DNA from: Acutalibacteraceae bacterium
Lineage (GTDB): Bacteria > Bacillota > Clostridia > Oscillospirales > Acutalibacteraceae
Assembly: GCA_045637645.1 (NCBI GenBank)
Contig: JAZTZV010000053.1
Location: 4,417 to 68,416 of the forward strand
Direction: 5' to 3'
DNA length: 64,000 nt
The notes under the pieces are model-generated. The model was not told where the DNA came from, made no database searches, and saw nothing but the letters and a program-made list of their open reading frames with translations. Below are positions 36,127 to 45,523 of this stretch, in pieces (the first letter of the stretch is position 1; each line of letters starts with the position of its first letter). The position numbers and the translations under genes are program-made.

Positions 36127-36981
36127 ATGGCTATTTTTTCGAACCAAGCAACCTTATCCTACAACGGTGTCACAACGAATTCCAACATCGCTTACGGCGA
36201 GATCGTCGAAGTGTTGGAAGCAAGCAAAACCGCCGTTGAAGGCGATTATACGCCCGACTCGCTCGTGACCTATGCGGTCACGCTTCGCAACTCGGGTTCG
36301 TCGGCACTCAATGCCTTGACCGTCACAGACGATTTGGGCGGCTATACGTTTAACGGCACAACGGTATATCCGTTGACCTATGAGGACGGCTCGGTTACGC
36401 TGTTTGTCAACGGTGTGTTGCAAGCCGCGCCCACGGTGACGGCAGGTCCGCCCTTGCAAATCATGGGCATTTCCGTTCCTGCGAACGGCGATGCAGTGCT
36501 GATTTATCAGGCACGCGCCAACGCGTTTGCCGATCCGACGGCAACCGGCACGATCGTCAACAACGTCACGGTCGTGGGTGACGGCTTGAGTGCACCTGTG
36601 ACAGCGACCGAAACGGTGGCGGCAAGCGTTGCACCGTTGCTGAGCATCACCAAATCCATCACGCCGTCGCAAGTTGTGGATAATGATCGCGTGACCTACA
36701 CGTTCGTGATCCAAAACAGCGGCAACCAAGCGATCGATGCAACCGACGATGCAGTGATCAGCGACGTGTTCGATCCGATCTTGTCTGCATTAACTGTCAC
36801 CTTTGACGGCACGACGTGGACGGAAGGTGCGCAATACACCTATGACGAAATCGGCGGTATTTTCGCGACCACGCCCGGTAGCATCACCGTTCCTGCCGCG
36901 ACCTACACGCAAGACCCCGTCACGGGTGCTTACGCTGTGACTCCCGGTACCGCGACGCTGACCGTCGTCGGCACGATTTAA
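36127..36981 (+). CDS. Two-domain DUF11 (conserved repeat domain) protein without signal peptide
   Basis: 284 aa from MAIFSNQATLSYNG (GGAGG RBS). Two roughly 130-aa Thr/Val-rich beta domains (VTYAVTLRNSG / VTYTFVIQNSG). Confidence 0.7.
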   Translation: MAIFSNQATLSYNGVTTNSNIAYGEIVEVLEASKTAVEGDYTPDSLVTYAVTLRNSGSSALNALTVTDDLGGYTFNGTTVYPLTYEDGSVTLFVNGVLQAAPTVTAGPPLQIMGISVPANGDAVLIYQARANAFADPTATGTIVNNVTVVGDGLSAPVTATETVAASVAPLLSITKSITPSQVVDNDRVTYTFVIQNSGNQAIDATDDAVISDVFDPILSALTVTFDGTTWTEGAQYTYDEIGGIFATTPGSITVPAATYTQDPVTGAYAVTPGTATLTVVGTI

Positions 36982-36991
36982 AAGGTCGAAA

Positions 36992-37019
36992 CGGATCCGC
37001 TTTTGCGGATCGGTTTTTG
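36992..37019 (+). terminator. Terminator of the DUF11 gene
   Basis: GGATCCGC-TTTT-GCGGATC hairpin followed by GGTTTTT. Confidence 0.75.
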
Positions 37020-37093
37020 CGTGTGAAAAAGGATTGCAAATCCAAGAGGAAAGGTATATACTGAAGACACTTCAATCGGAAAGAAGATGCGTC

Positions 37094-37882
37094 ATGAAAG
37101 AGTTTTTCGGATTCGGCGGATACACACGACCTGCCGAAGGATTTATGTCTGCGGAACATTTGACATTTGTGTCGATTTTGATGCTTGTGATGATCGCTTC
37201 GGCGCTTTGGTTCGGTGTTCGCCGTCGGCATTGTTCCGAAAAAGAAAAGAACGTTGTGTTGATTGCGGCGGCGATCGCCATTGATGTTTTTGAGATTTTC
37301 AAAATTGTGTTGTTGAGTTTTCGTGAACAGGATGCGCTCCATTTCTTGGGCGATTTGCCGTTGTATTTATGCAGTATCCATCTTATCACGATGCCGTTGG
37401 CGGCGTTTTCGAAAGGGCGCGTCAAGGAAGCGGCACTGGATTTTGTGCTGATTTTCGGGATTTTAAGTGCGCTTGTCGGAACATACGGCGCAGGGAATAA
37501 CTATGGAACGTATCCCGTGCTATCGTTTGATAACGTGGTGTCGGGGGTGACGCATGCGCTTTCGGGCTTTGCCTCGTTGTACATCGTGATTTCGGGTATG
37601 GCCGGCATGAAAAAACGCAACATTCCGATCACGGTCGCGATTTTGCTGTCGTTCGGTGTAGCGGCGTTTATCGCCAACGAATGTCTCGACAAGAATTATA
37701 TGTTCCTTGTACGCGGCGACGGCACACCGTATGACGTTGTCTATCAATTGGTCGGCGGCAACGCGGTTCTGTATCCCGCTTCGGTAATAGGGTTGTTTTT
37801 GTTGTATATCGCGGCGTTTTACGGCACGTATTTTTTGGTTCAAAAAGGGATATCGGCATTCAAATGCGCGAAAAAACCTTGA
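37094..37882 (+). CDS. Integral membrane protein (TIGR02206/YwaF-like, tentative)
   Basis: 262 aa from MKEFFGF, about 7 TM helices, LPLYLCSIHL motif. Confidence 0.6.
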   Translation: MKEFFGFGGYTRPAEGFMSAEHLTFVSILMLVMIASALWFGVRRRHCSEKEKNVVLIAAAIAIDVFEIFKIVLLSFREQDALHFLGDLPLYLCSIHLITMPLAAFSKGRVKEAALDFVLIFGILSALVGTYGAGNNYGTYPVLSFDNVVSGVTHALSGFASLYIVISGMAGMKKRNIPITVAILLSFGVAAFIANECLDKNYMFLVRGDGTPYDVVYQLVGGNAVLYPASVIGLFLLYIAAFYGTYFLVQKGISAFKCAKKP

Positions 37883-37976
37883 GTTTAAGCGGTCGGTCAA
37901 CGATGTTGATCGACCGCTTTTGTAATAGAACGCCTCCTCTCCGTATATACTTGTGTTATCGAAAGGGGAGGAGTAT

Positions 37977-38507
37977 ATGCGACGTTCGATACCGTTTTGG
38001 CAGTTTGCAGGGTTTGTATTCACGTCGATCATGGGGACATTGTTGCATTTTCTGTTTGATTGGAGCGGAAGATCGGTGGTTGTCGGACTGTTCTCGGCGG
38101 TCAACGAATCAATTTGGGAACACATGAAATTGATCGTATTTCCGATGCTGTTGTTCGCGTGCGTCGAGTGGTTTATCCTTCGCAAACGTGTGCCGTCGTT
38201 TTGGTGTGCGGCGACGATCGGCATCGTGACGGCGGCGGCGCTCATCCCGACGCTGTTTTATTTGTACAGCGGTGCGCTCGGTATATCTTCTGATTATGTC
38301 AACATCACGATTTTTTACGTTGCCGCCGCGTTTGCCTATTGGTTGCAAGTGCGTTTGTTTTCGCGCGGTTTGCGCGTGTGTCGACCGTTTGTTGCCGTCG
38401 CGGTACTTGTTTGCATGGCGGCGGCGTTTTGGGTCTTGACGTTTTGTCCCATTCACATCCCGCTTTTTGAAGATCCGCTGACGGGAGCATACGGGTTTAT
38501 TCGATAG
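37977..38507 (+). CDS. Integral membrane protein (DUF6512-like, tentative)
   Basis: 176 aa from MRRSIPFW (GGGGAGGAG RBS). GTLLHFLFDWSG...VNESIWEHMKL motif. Confidence 0.55.
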   Translation: MRRSIPFWQFAGFVFTSIMGTLLHFLFDWSGRSVVVGLFSAVNESIWEHMKLIVFPMLLFACVEWFILRKRVPSFWCAATIGIVTAAALIPTLFYLYSGALGISSDYVNITIFYVAAAFAYWLQVRLFSRGLRVCRPFVAVAVLVCMAAAFWVLTFCPIHIPLFEDPLTGAYGFIR

Positions 38508-38518
38508 GTTTGATTCGG

Positions 38519-38547
38519 AACCTACCGCGTGTGCGGTAGGTTTTTCT
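38519..38547 (+). terminator. Terminator
   Basis: AACCTACCGC-GTGT-GCGGTAGGTT followed by TTT. Confidence 0.8.
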
Positions 38548-38549
38548 TG

Positions 38550-38598
38550 TTGACACAAAGCCGATGTCGTGGTATATTATAATTAACAATTAGGTTAA
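38550..38598 (+). promoter_or_regulatory. Promoter and candidate operator of the sdpR-like operon
   Basis: TTGACA, 17 nt, TGgTATATT. Downstream inverted repeat TTAAC-N6-GTTAA at 38583-38598. Confidence 0.65.
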
Positions 38599-38618
38599 AT
38601 GTTAAGGGAGGTGCTGCG

Positions 38619-38891
38619 ATGGGATTGCAACAAACCTTAAAAGCGCTTGCCGATCCGATTCGGCGCGAAATTTTGAACATACTCAAAAACGGACGGATGT
38701 CCGCGGGTGAGATTTGTGACCGCTTTGATGTGACGGCGGCGTCGATCTCACGTCATCTTTCGGTGCTCAAAGAGGCGGATCTCATCCGTGACACGCGCGA
38801 AGGTAAGTTTATATTTTATGAAATCAACACCTCAGTTTTAGAGGAGACGATGCTGTGGATCGCCACGTTGAAAGGAGAGAATAACGCATGA
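38619..38891 (+). CDS. ArsR/SdpR family autorepressor
   Basis: 90 aa. LADPIRREIL...MSAGEI...ASISRHLSVLKEADLI wHTH. Confidence 0.85.
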   Translation: MGLQQTLKALADPIRREILNILKNGRMSAGEICDRFDVTAASISRHLSVLKEADLIRDTREGKFIFYEINTSVLEETMLWIATLKGENNA

Positions 38892-39973
38892 TCAAACGCC
38901 ATTTAAAAAATTTGTTGATCGCGTCCGGATTTACTGTTTTACCGATCCCGATCGGTTTGATGCTTTGGAATCAATTGCCTGATAGGATGCCGTCTCATTG
39001 GGGTGTGAGCGGTCAAGTGGACAATTATCTCCCAAAAGCGGCGTGTGTGTTCGGATTTCCTTTGCTGATGCTCGCGTTGTTTTGGCTGTGCCTGTTTGTC
39101 ACGACGAAGGATCCCAAAAACAAGAATCAAAATTCGAAAGCTTTCGGTGCGACTGTGTGGTTGATGCCGTTGATCTCCTGCGTCGTGAGCGGTATTATGT
39201 ACGCCGCTTCCATGGGAATGGCCATGGATGTGTCGGTGATCGTTGGATTGTTGTTCGCTGTCATGTTTGTGACGATCGGCAATTACATGCCCAAATGCAA
39301 GCAAAATTTTACGCTCGGCATTAAGATTCGTCCCACGCTTGAAAGCGAAGAAAACTGGAACGCGACGCACCGTCTAGCGGGTAAAATTTGGTTTTTCGGC
39401 GGATTTGCAATGTTTCCGTGCATGTTCCTGCCCGATGCGGCGGCGCTTGTGTGTATGTTGTCATTGACGGCGGTGATGGTCTTTGTACCCGTCGTGTTTT
39501 CGTACGTCTATCGTCGTCGACAACTTGCGGCAGAGCAAAACGATATCCGTTCTTGGAAAGAAGAACCTTTCATGAAGAAAACGAAATACATCAGTTTGAG
39601 TTTGGTTGCGGTGGTTTTGATCGGTTGCTCGGTTTTGATGTTCACGGGTGACGTGACGGCGACGGTGGGGGATGAGGCGCTTGATATTCGCGCAACCTAT
39701 TGGAGTGATGCGTCCGTGCCGTTTGCTGAGATCGACAGTGTGGAGTATCACGAATCCTTTGCGGTCGGCACGCGTACCTATGGGTTTGCAAGCAGTCGCC
39801 TGTTGCTCGGTTCGTTTCAAAGTGAGGAGCTCGGCGCTTACACGCTGTATGCCTATTCGCCTTGCAAGAGTGCGATCGTGATTCGTGACGGTGATCATGT
39901 GTTGGCGGTCGGTTGCAAAACGGCGGAGGAAACCAAAGCGCTGTATGAACAGTTGAAGGAGGCGGTCGCGTGA
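38888..39973 (+). CDS. SdpI/DUF1648 family membrane protein fused to a C-terminal TM-anchored PH-like domain
   Basis: 361 aa, ATGA overlap with the regulator gene. LPDRMPSHWGVSGQVDNY (DUF1648), SdpI-type TM bundle, extra TM plus beta-rich domain after about residue 240. Confidence 0.72.
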   Translation: MIKRHLKNLLIASGFTVLPIPIGLMLWNQLPDRMPSHWGVSGQVDNYLPKAACVFGFPLLMLALFWLCLFVTTKDPKNKNQNSKAFGATVWLMPLISCVVSGIMYAASMGMAMDVSVIVGLLFAVMFVTIGNYMPKCKQNFTLGIKIRPTLESEENWNATHRLAGKIWFFGGFAMFPCMFLPDAAALVCMLSLTAVMVFVPVVFSYVYRRRQLAAEQNDIRSWKEEPFMKKTKYISLSLVAVVLIGCSVLMFTGDVTATVGDEALDIRATYWSDASVPFAEIDSVEYHESFAVGTRTYGFASSRLLLGSFQSEELGAYTLYAYSPCKSAIVIRDGDHVLAVGCKTAEETKALYEQLKEAVA

Positions 39974-40851
39974 ACGCTATTGAAACGGTCGGTTTGACAA
40001 AATACTACGGAAAATCACGCGGCATCATCGATGTCTCGTTTGCGGTGGAACAGGGGGATTTCTACGGATTCATCGGCCCGAACGGCGCGGGCAAATCTAC
40101 GACCATTCGCACGTTGCTCGGTTTGATTCGTCCGACGAGCGGTGAGGCGAAAATCTTCGGCATGGACGTGACGCGCGAGCGCACCGACGTGCTTCGTCGC
40201 GTCGGTTATCTCCCCGGTGAAAGCGCGTTTTACGGCGGCATGCGTGTGCGCGAGTTGCTGGAATTTTCGGCGAAAATGCGCGGTGTTGATTGCGCGGCGC
40301 GCACCAAAGAGCTGTGCGAACGTTTGGAGCTTGATGTGTCGCGCAAGGTTGATGAACTGTCGCTCGGTAACCGCAAAAAAGTCGGCATTGTTTGCGCGTT
40401 TCAGCACGACCCCGAATTGTATATCCTTGACGAACCGACGAGTGGTTTGGATCCGTTGATGCAACGCGAGTTTTACGATCTCCTTCGTGAACGCAATCAG
40501 CAAGGTGCCACGGTCTTTCTGTCGTCTCATGTGCTGTCTGAAATCGAACGCTATTGCTCGCACGCCGCGGTGATTCGCGAGGGGCGCCTGCTTGTCAGTG
40601 ACCGCGTTTCAAAATTGGGTCATACAGGCGTCAAGCGCGTATCGCTTCGCGGGGCTGCGTCGTTGCCGTCGATGGAAGGTGTACGAGACGTGCAAACCTC
40701 GCACGATCAAACGACCTTCTTCTTCAACGGCGATGTACATGCGCTGCTCGGCACGTTGTCGGCGTTACCGTTTGAGGACGTCTCGGTGACCGATCCCGAT
40801 TTGGAAGATGTGTTTATGCATTATTACGAAAAGGAGGCGGATGCGCAATGA
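39970..40851 (+). CDS. ABC transporter ATP-binding protein
   Basis: 293 aa, GTG start overlapping (GTGA). Walker A GPNGAGKST, signature LSLGNRKK, Walker B LYILDEPTSGLD. Confidence 0.92.
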   Translation: MNAIETVGLTKYYGKSRGIIDVSFAVEQGDFYGFIGPNGAGKSTTIRTLLGLIRPTSGEAKIFGMDVTRERTDVLRRVGYLPGESAFYGGMRVRELLEFSAKMRGVDCAARTKELCERLELDVSRKVDELSLGNRKKVGIVCAFQHDPELYILDEPTSGLDPLMQREFYDLLRERNQQGATVFLSSHVLSEIERYCSHAAVIREGRLLVSDRVSKLGHTGVKRVSLRGAASLPSMEGVRDVQTSHDQTTFFFNGDVHALLGTLSALPFEDVSVTDPDLEDVFMHYYEKEADAQ

Positions 40852-41633
40852 CCTTATTTTTTCATGAACTCAAACGCGCACGTTTGTCTCTTTTGATTTG
40901 GTCGTCAGCGGTTACGTTTATGCTCGCTGTTTGCGTGGTGATTTATCCCGAGATGGAATCTCAAATGCTGGAAATCGGCGATATGATGGCGGATATGGGA
41001 AGCTTCTCGTCGGCGTTCGGCATGGATCAAATCAATTTCGGCGAATTCATGGGTTATTTCGGTATTGAATGCGGCAATGTGCTCGGCTTGGGCGGCGCGA
41101 TGTTTGCCGCCATCACAGGTGTGTCGGCACTCGCCAAGGAAGAAAAAGATCACACGTCGGAATTCCTGCTGACACTTCCGTGGTCACGTGCGCGTATCGT
41201 CACACAAAAATTGCTTGCGGTCGCGGCGCAAATCGTGATTTTGAATGCAGTGGTCATCGGTGTGACATCGATATGCATCGCGGCAATCGGTGAAACGGTT
41301 GAAGTCGGCACGATTGCGCTCTTGTTCTTGTCCTATGTGCTGTTGCAATTGCAAATTGCAGGGATCACGTTCGGCATTTCGGCGGTGCTCAGAGGAAACG
41401 GCATCGGCATCGGTCTCGGTCTTGCGTTGCTGCTCTATTTCATGAACATACTTTCCAACCTGACCGAAGAATTGGAATTTCTGCAATATCTCACACCGTT
41501 CGGTTATACCGACAGCGCCTATATCCTTAACGAGCATGCGCTGGAATGGCCGTGCTTGGCGGTCGGTGCGGTGTTTACGCTTGGCGGTATATTGCTCGCG
41601 TACGCAGTTTACACAAAGAAAGATATCGCTTAA
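40848..41633 (+). CDS. ABC-2 type transporter permease
   Basis: 261 aa, ATGA overlap, 6 TM helices. Confidence 0.8.
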   Translation: MTLFFHELKRARLSLLIWSSAVTFMLAVCVVIYPEMESQMLEIGDMMADMGSFSSAFGMDQINFGEFMGYFGIECGNVLGLGGAMFAAITGVSALAKEEKDHTSEFLLTLPWSRARIVTQKLLAVAAQIVILNAVVIGVTSICIAAIGETVEVGTIALLFLSYVLLQLQIAGITFGISAVLRGNGIGIGLGLALLLYFMNILSNLTEELEFLQYLTPFGYTDSAYILNEHALEWPCLAVGAVFTLGGILLAYAVYTKKDIA

Positions 41634-41668
41634 AAAAGCGCACACATCAAACGATGTGTGCGCTTTTT
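41631..41668. terminator. Bidirectional terminator (overlaps the NUDIX 3' end)
   Basis: AAAAAGCGCACACATC-AAAC-GATGTGTGCGCTTTTT. Confidence 0.8.
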
Positions 41669-42210
41669 TGTATCAGTTTTCGGTAAACGGTTTGCACCAT
41701 CCACGGTTCAGCGGAAGCGGCAAGAGCCTCTTCAAATGTAAACCATTTTACAGCGGTGTTTTCCGCGGTGTTGACGGTGAGCGGTTCACTTTCGTCGGCG
41801 ATCACAAGATAGGTGATGTTTAAGTGAAGATGACTTGAGATGTACACACCGTTTTTGACGTGACCGCTGACGGGTAAAATTTCGAGACTGATCGGCTCAT
41901 TGCTTGCCAAATCGGCGCGATGAACGCCGGTTTCTTCTTGTAATTCCCGCATGGCGACCGCTTGCAAATCGGTGTCGCCGTCAGCATGTCCGCCGATCCA
42001 CGACCACGAATTGTAGAGCTTGTGATAGACCATCAATGTTTTGGTGCGATCTTTATTGATGGTCCAAGCGGATACAGTGATGTGGGCGGTGGTGTCGTCG
42101 CGGGAAAAGCAGTTGTCGTGTGTGCAAAGATAGTGCAACAGGAGATCTTTATCGCGTGTTTCTTGTTCGTTTAACGGTACAAAACGATGAAGTTGTTCGA
42201 TCAACGACAT
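41647..42210 (-). CDS. NUDIX hydrolase
   Basis: 187 aa. Nudix box GGHADGDTDLQAVAMRELQEETGV. Confidence 0.85.
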   Translation of the reverse strand: MSLIEQLHRFVPLNEQETRDKDLLLHYLCTHDNCFSRDDTTAHITVSAWTINKDRTKTLMVYHKLYNSWSWIGGHADGDTDLQAVAMRELQEETGVHRADLASNEPISLEILPVSGHVKNGVYISSHLHLNITYLVIADESEPLTVNTAENTAVKWFTFEEALAASAEPWMVQTVYRKLIQKSAHIV

Positions 42211-42222
42211 AGAATCCCACCT

Positions 42223-43551
42223 TTAATAACGATAGCGTTTTTGGTTGGCAATGATGCAGAAAACCGTAACGATTGCCGCGGCGAATTCCGCCACGATGAT
42301 CGACAGCCAAATGCCGTTCAAATCAAAAATCAGCGGCAGCAACAGCACCGACGCCACTTGGAATACCAACGTACGCAAAAATGCAATGATCGCCGAGATC
42401 AAACCGTTGTTGAGAGCGGTGAAAAAGGCGGAGCCGAAGATGGCCACACCCGCAAACAGGAACGAGAAGGAATAGATGCGGAAGGCATGCACCGTCATGT
42501 TGTACAGAGCGTCGTCGTATCCGACAAACAATGCGGCGAGCGGCGCAGCAAGCAATTGTGACGCGACAAACATCATCACAGCTCCGCACGCGATGATCCG
42601 TGAACTTTTCCGGCGAAGACTTTTGAGTTCGGTACGATTTTGTGCGCCGAAATGATAGCCGATGACGGGGGCAACGCCTGTGGAATACCCGATGAACATC
42701 GAAATAAACACAAAGTTGACATACATCAGCACACCGTATGCGGCAACGCCGTCTTCTTTGGCGTAGTGCATCAATTGTCCGTTATACAGCATACTCACGA
42801 TCGACATGGAGATGTTGTTGAGAAGTTCCGAAGATCCGTTTGTGCAAGCTTTGAACAAAGCACCGAAATCCCACGAAGGGCGACGCAACTTCAAAAGCGA
42901 CGTGTTGGCGCGACTGAAATACAAAAGGGGAATCAAACCGCCGAGCAATTCGCTGGTGGCGGTGGCGAGTGCCGCGCCGACCAAACCGAGCGGGAACACC
43001 CACATAAATAAAGCGTCCAACACCATGTTGGTCACGCCCGCAATCACCGTCACGGTAAGACCGAGTTGCGGTTTTTCGGCGACGATGAAAAAGCTTTGAA
43101 ATTCAAATTGCAATATGAGTGCAGGGAGCGAGAGCAAAACGATCGAGCCATATGTCACACAGTCTTCGAGGAGCTGTCCTTCCGCGCCGAGCAACGAAGC
43201 GACAGGGCGCAAGCCGAGGATGCCCGCGATCATGATGATGACGCCCAGACCGAAAGTGATGTACACAAACATGGAGAACAGCTTTTGTGCTTTGTCTTTG
43301 TCGCCCATACCGAGCGTTTTGGCGATCAGTGCACCGCCGCCCGTGCCGAACATGAAACCGATGCCACCGAGCATCATCAAAAACGGCATGATGAAATTGA
43401 TGGCGGTGAACGGCGTTTTGCCGACGCAGTTGGAGACGAACAATCCGTCCACCACACCGTAAATTGAGGTGAATACCATCATCACCATCGAGGGGAGCGT
43501 AAAACGCAATAAACGGCGATAGCCGAAGTGATCCGATAATTGAATTGCCAC
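42223..43551 (-). CDS. MATE family efflux transporter
   Basis: 442 aa, 12 TM helices. N-terminus LLRFTLPSMVMMVFTSIYGVVDGLFV is typical of MATE. Confidence 0.9.
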   Translation of the reverse strand: MAIQLSDHFGYRRLLRFTLPSMVMMVFTSIYGVVDGLFVSNCVGKTPFTAINFIMPFLMMLGGIGFMFGTGGGALIAKTLGMGDKDKAQKLFSMFVYITFGLGVIIMIAGILGLRPVASLLGAEGQLLEDCVTYGSIVLLSLPALILQFEFQSFFIVAEKPQLGLTVTVIAGVTNMVLDALFMWVFPLGLVGAALATATSELLGGLIPLLYFSRANTSLLKLRRPSWDFGALFKACTNGSSELLNNISMSIVSMLYNGQLMHYAKEDGVAAYGVLMYVNFVFISMFIGYSTGVAPVIGYHFGAQNRTELKSLRRKSSRIIACGAVMMFVASQLLAAPLAALFVGYDDALYNMTVHAFRIYSFSFLFAGVAIFGSAFFTALNNGLISAIIAFLRTLVFQVASVLLLPLIFDLNGIWLSIIVAEFAAAIVTVFCIIANQKRYRY

Positions 43552-43572
43552 AGCAACCTCCGAAAGGGAATT

Positions 43573-44457
43573 TTAAGACATCCGATTTAAGTGTTGATAA
43601 ACGTCTTGCGCGATTTGATCGATTTGGTTACTCTCCCGCTCGCGGACGGAACGCAAGCGTCGTTTTTTCGGCATACCCCATACGTCAAAGAGGCACGGCC
43701 CGATCCATTCGTGATAGCCGCAACTTTCAAACAATCCGCGCACGATTGACAGGGAAGCGGTTTTGGGTTTCATGAAGATAATTTTCATCGGGTGTTTGAT
43801 CACGGCAAATATCAGCGGTGGATAGTGTGCGGTGATGTTTGTGAATGTGATGCCGGGGTGTGTGACGGCAAGCGACACGTCGGTTTCGCTTTTGAAAAGC
43901 TCATAAAGCGAAAACATCAAAAATCGCTTGGCATTGCCGTACACCTTCGACGCTTGTTTGCGCGTGGAGAAATCGATGTCGGCGGGATCGATCACGGAAT
44001 ATGTATGCGCCACACTGCCTACAACGACCACGCGACCTTTGCGTTCGCGAAGAAGAGGTAACAGCTCGCGGATCATGTAATACGGCGACACAAAATTGAT
44101 TTGAAAGACGTTGTCAAATCCTGTGTCGCAGATATGACGCGGAATGCTGTACGCGCCCGCGTTGTGCAAAAACACGTCAACGGGATATGCCTTGAGTTCG
44201 TCCAATGCCGCGCGTACGGTGTCCATGCGTTCCAAATCAACGGTGATGCATTGAATCGTACGGTTGGGGTATTCGCGCAAAAGTGCCGCCCGTAAGGCGG
44301 CACTTTTTGAAGGATTACGGTCAAGAAGAATCAAATCCGCGTGCAATGCAAGAAGATGGTGGCAAAGCTCGTTGCCGATGCCGCCGGTTGCGCCTGTGAC
44401 GGCGACGGTTTTGCCGTCAAGAGAGGACGTGTGGCGTTCGATCCATTTGCGGTTCAT
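43573..44457 (-). CDS. SDR family oxidoreductase
   Basis: 294 aa. Cofactor motif VTGATGGIG and catalytic YGNAK. Confidence 0.85.
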   Translation of the reverse strand: MNRKWIERHTSSLDGKTVAVTGATGGIGNELCHHLLALHADLILLDRNPSKSAALRAALLREYPNRTIQCITVDLERMDTVRAALDELKAYPVDVFLHNAGAYSIPRHICDTGFDNVFQINFVSPYYMIRELLPLLRERKGRVVVVGSVAHTYSVIDPADIDFSTRKQASKVYGNAKRFLMFSLYELFKSETDVSLAVTHPGITFTNITAHYPPLIFAVIKHPMKIIFMKPKTASLSIVRGLFESCGYHEWIGPCLFDVWGMPKKRRLRSVRERESNQIDQIAQDVYQHLNRMS

Positions 44458-45449
44458 GCGGTCGTCTCCTCCGAAAGCGTGTCATAATCGTTCCAAAGCG
44501 CCAAGCAAGCGGCTTCGTAGCCGACTTGGTCGACCAAATAGCTCATGCCATGGTCGGCACCGGGTACGATCAAAAGCCGTTTCGGTGCAACACACGCTTT
44601 GTAATTTTCATACGTCATGGTAACGGGCACAAAATGATCGTCGGAACCGTGAATAAACAACACGGGAACGGTGCATTGCGCCATCGCTTGGGTGCAACTG
44701 TATTCATCCGCCTCGATGTTCAAACGTTTGCGGTAAGCATCCTTGGCGGTGAAGTGATAAATGCCGTAGGGAAGATGCAGATTGTTTTCCACAACATGCT
44801 TCCAAATGGCGTGCGGGGCGGTGAAGCCGCAATCCGCAATGATGCCGCGGACGTTGGAGGGAAGCTCGAATCCGGCGGTCATGAGAACCGTCGAAGCGCC
44901 CATCGAAATACCGCCTAAATAAATGGGTAGGGTGCTGTCGGTCAAACGGTTGGCTTCATGGATCCATGCCAGACAATCGTGTCGTTCAAGCAACCCAAAA
45001 CCCATGTATTCGCCGTCGCTGCCGCCTTGTGCGCGTTGCTCGACGAATAAAACGTTGCATCCGTTGTTCATCCAAAAGTCGGCGATCAAGCCGAAATCAC
45101 GCGACCAAACGGAACGCCATCCGTGCATGGCAACGATCGTGCGTTTGGCGTTAGGAACTTGATACCAATGCCCGACCAATTTCAAGCCGTCGTGCGACGT
45201 GATTTCGAGAACGTCGTGTTCGCGTGCTTGCAATGCGTCACCTTTTTGTTGAAGCACTTCGAAAATCTCGGCATAATCCTTCGAGTTCATAAGCTTGGCT
45301 TTGCTCTTGGCCATGCTTTTGGGCTCTTGCCGATCGAGTGCAATGGTCATCAAATGACCGGCGGAGGCGCGATACAATTTGGCGGCAAGAACAGAACCGA
45401 TCGCCGCGGCGCCGACCGCAATTAAAATTTGTTTGGTTCGTTTTTTCAT
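44454..45449 (-). CDS. Membrane-anchored alpha/beta hydrolase
   Basis: 331 aa. N-terminal TM helix, HGW oxyanion region, nucleophile elbow GISMG. 4-nt overlap with the SDR gene. Confidence 0.8.
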   Translation of the reverse strand: MKKRTKQILIAVGAAAIGSVLAAKLYRASAGHLMTIALDRQEPKSMAKSKAKLMNSKDYAEIFEVLQQKGDALQAREHDVLEITSHDGLKLVGHWYQVPNAKRTIVAMHGWRSVWSRDFGLIADFWMNNGCNVLFVEQRAQGGSDGEYMGFGLLERHDCLAWIHEANRLTDSTLPIYLGGISMGASTVLMTAGFELPSNVRGIIADCGFTAPHAIWKHVVENNLHLPYGIYHFTAKDAYRKRLNIEADEYSCTQAMAQCTVPVLFIHGSDDHFVPVTMTYENYKACVAPKRLLIVPGADHGMSYLVDQVGYEAACLALWNDYDTLSEETTA

Positions 45450-45523
45450 GGTCGTCCCCTCGCTAACTCGTTGTTGTTACAGTATAGGCGGAATCGACAC
45501 GGTTTATAAGTCGCAGCGGAAAT

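Noticed and set aside
38888-39973. SdpI as evidence of a cannibalism toxin system.
   Set aside because: No sdpA/B/C-like genes are present in the window. Only the immunity/regulator pair plus a pump is there.
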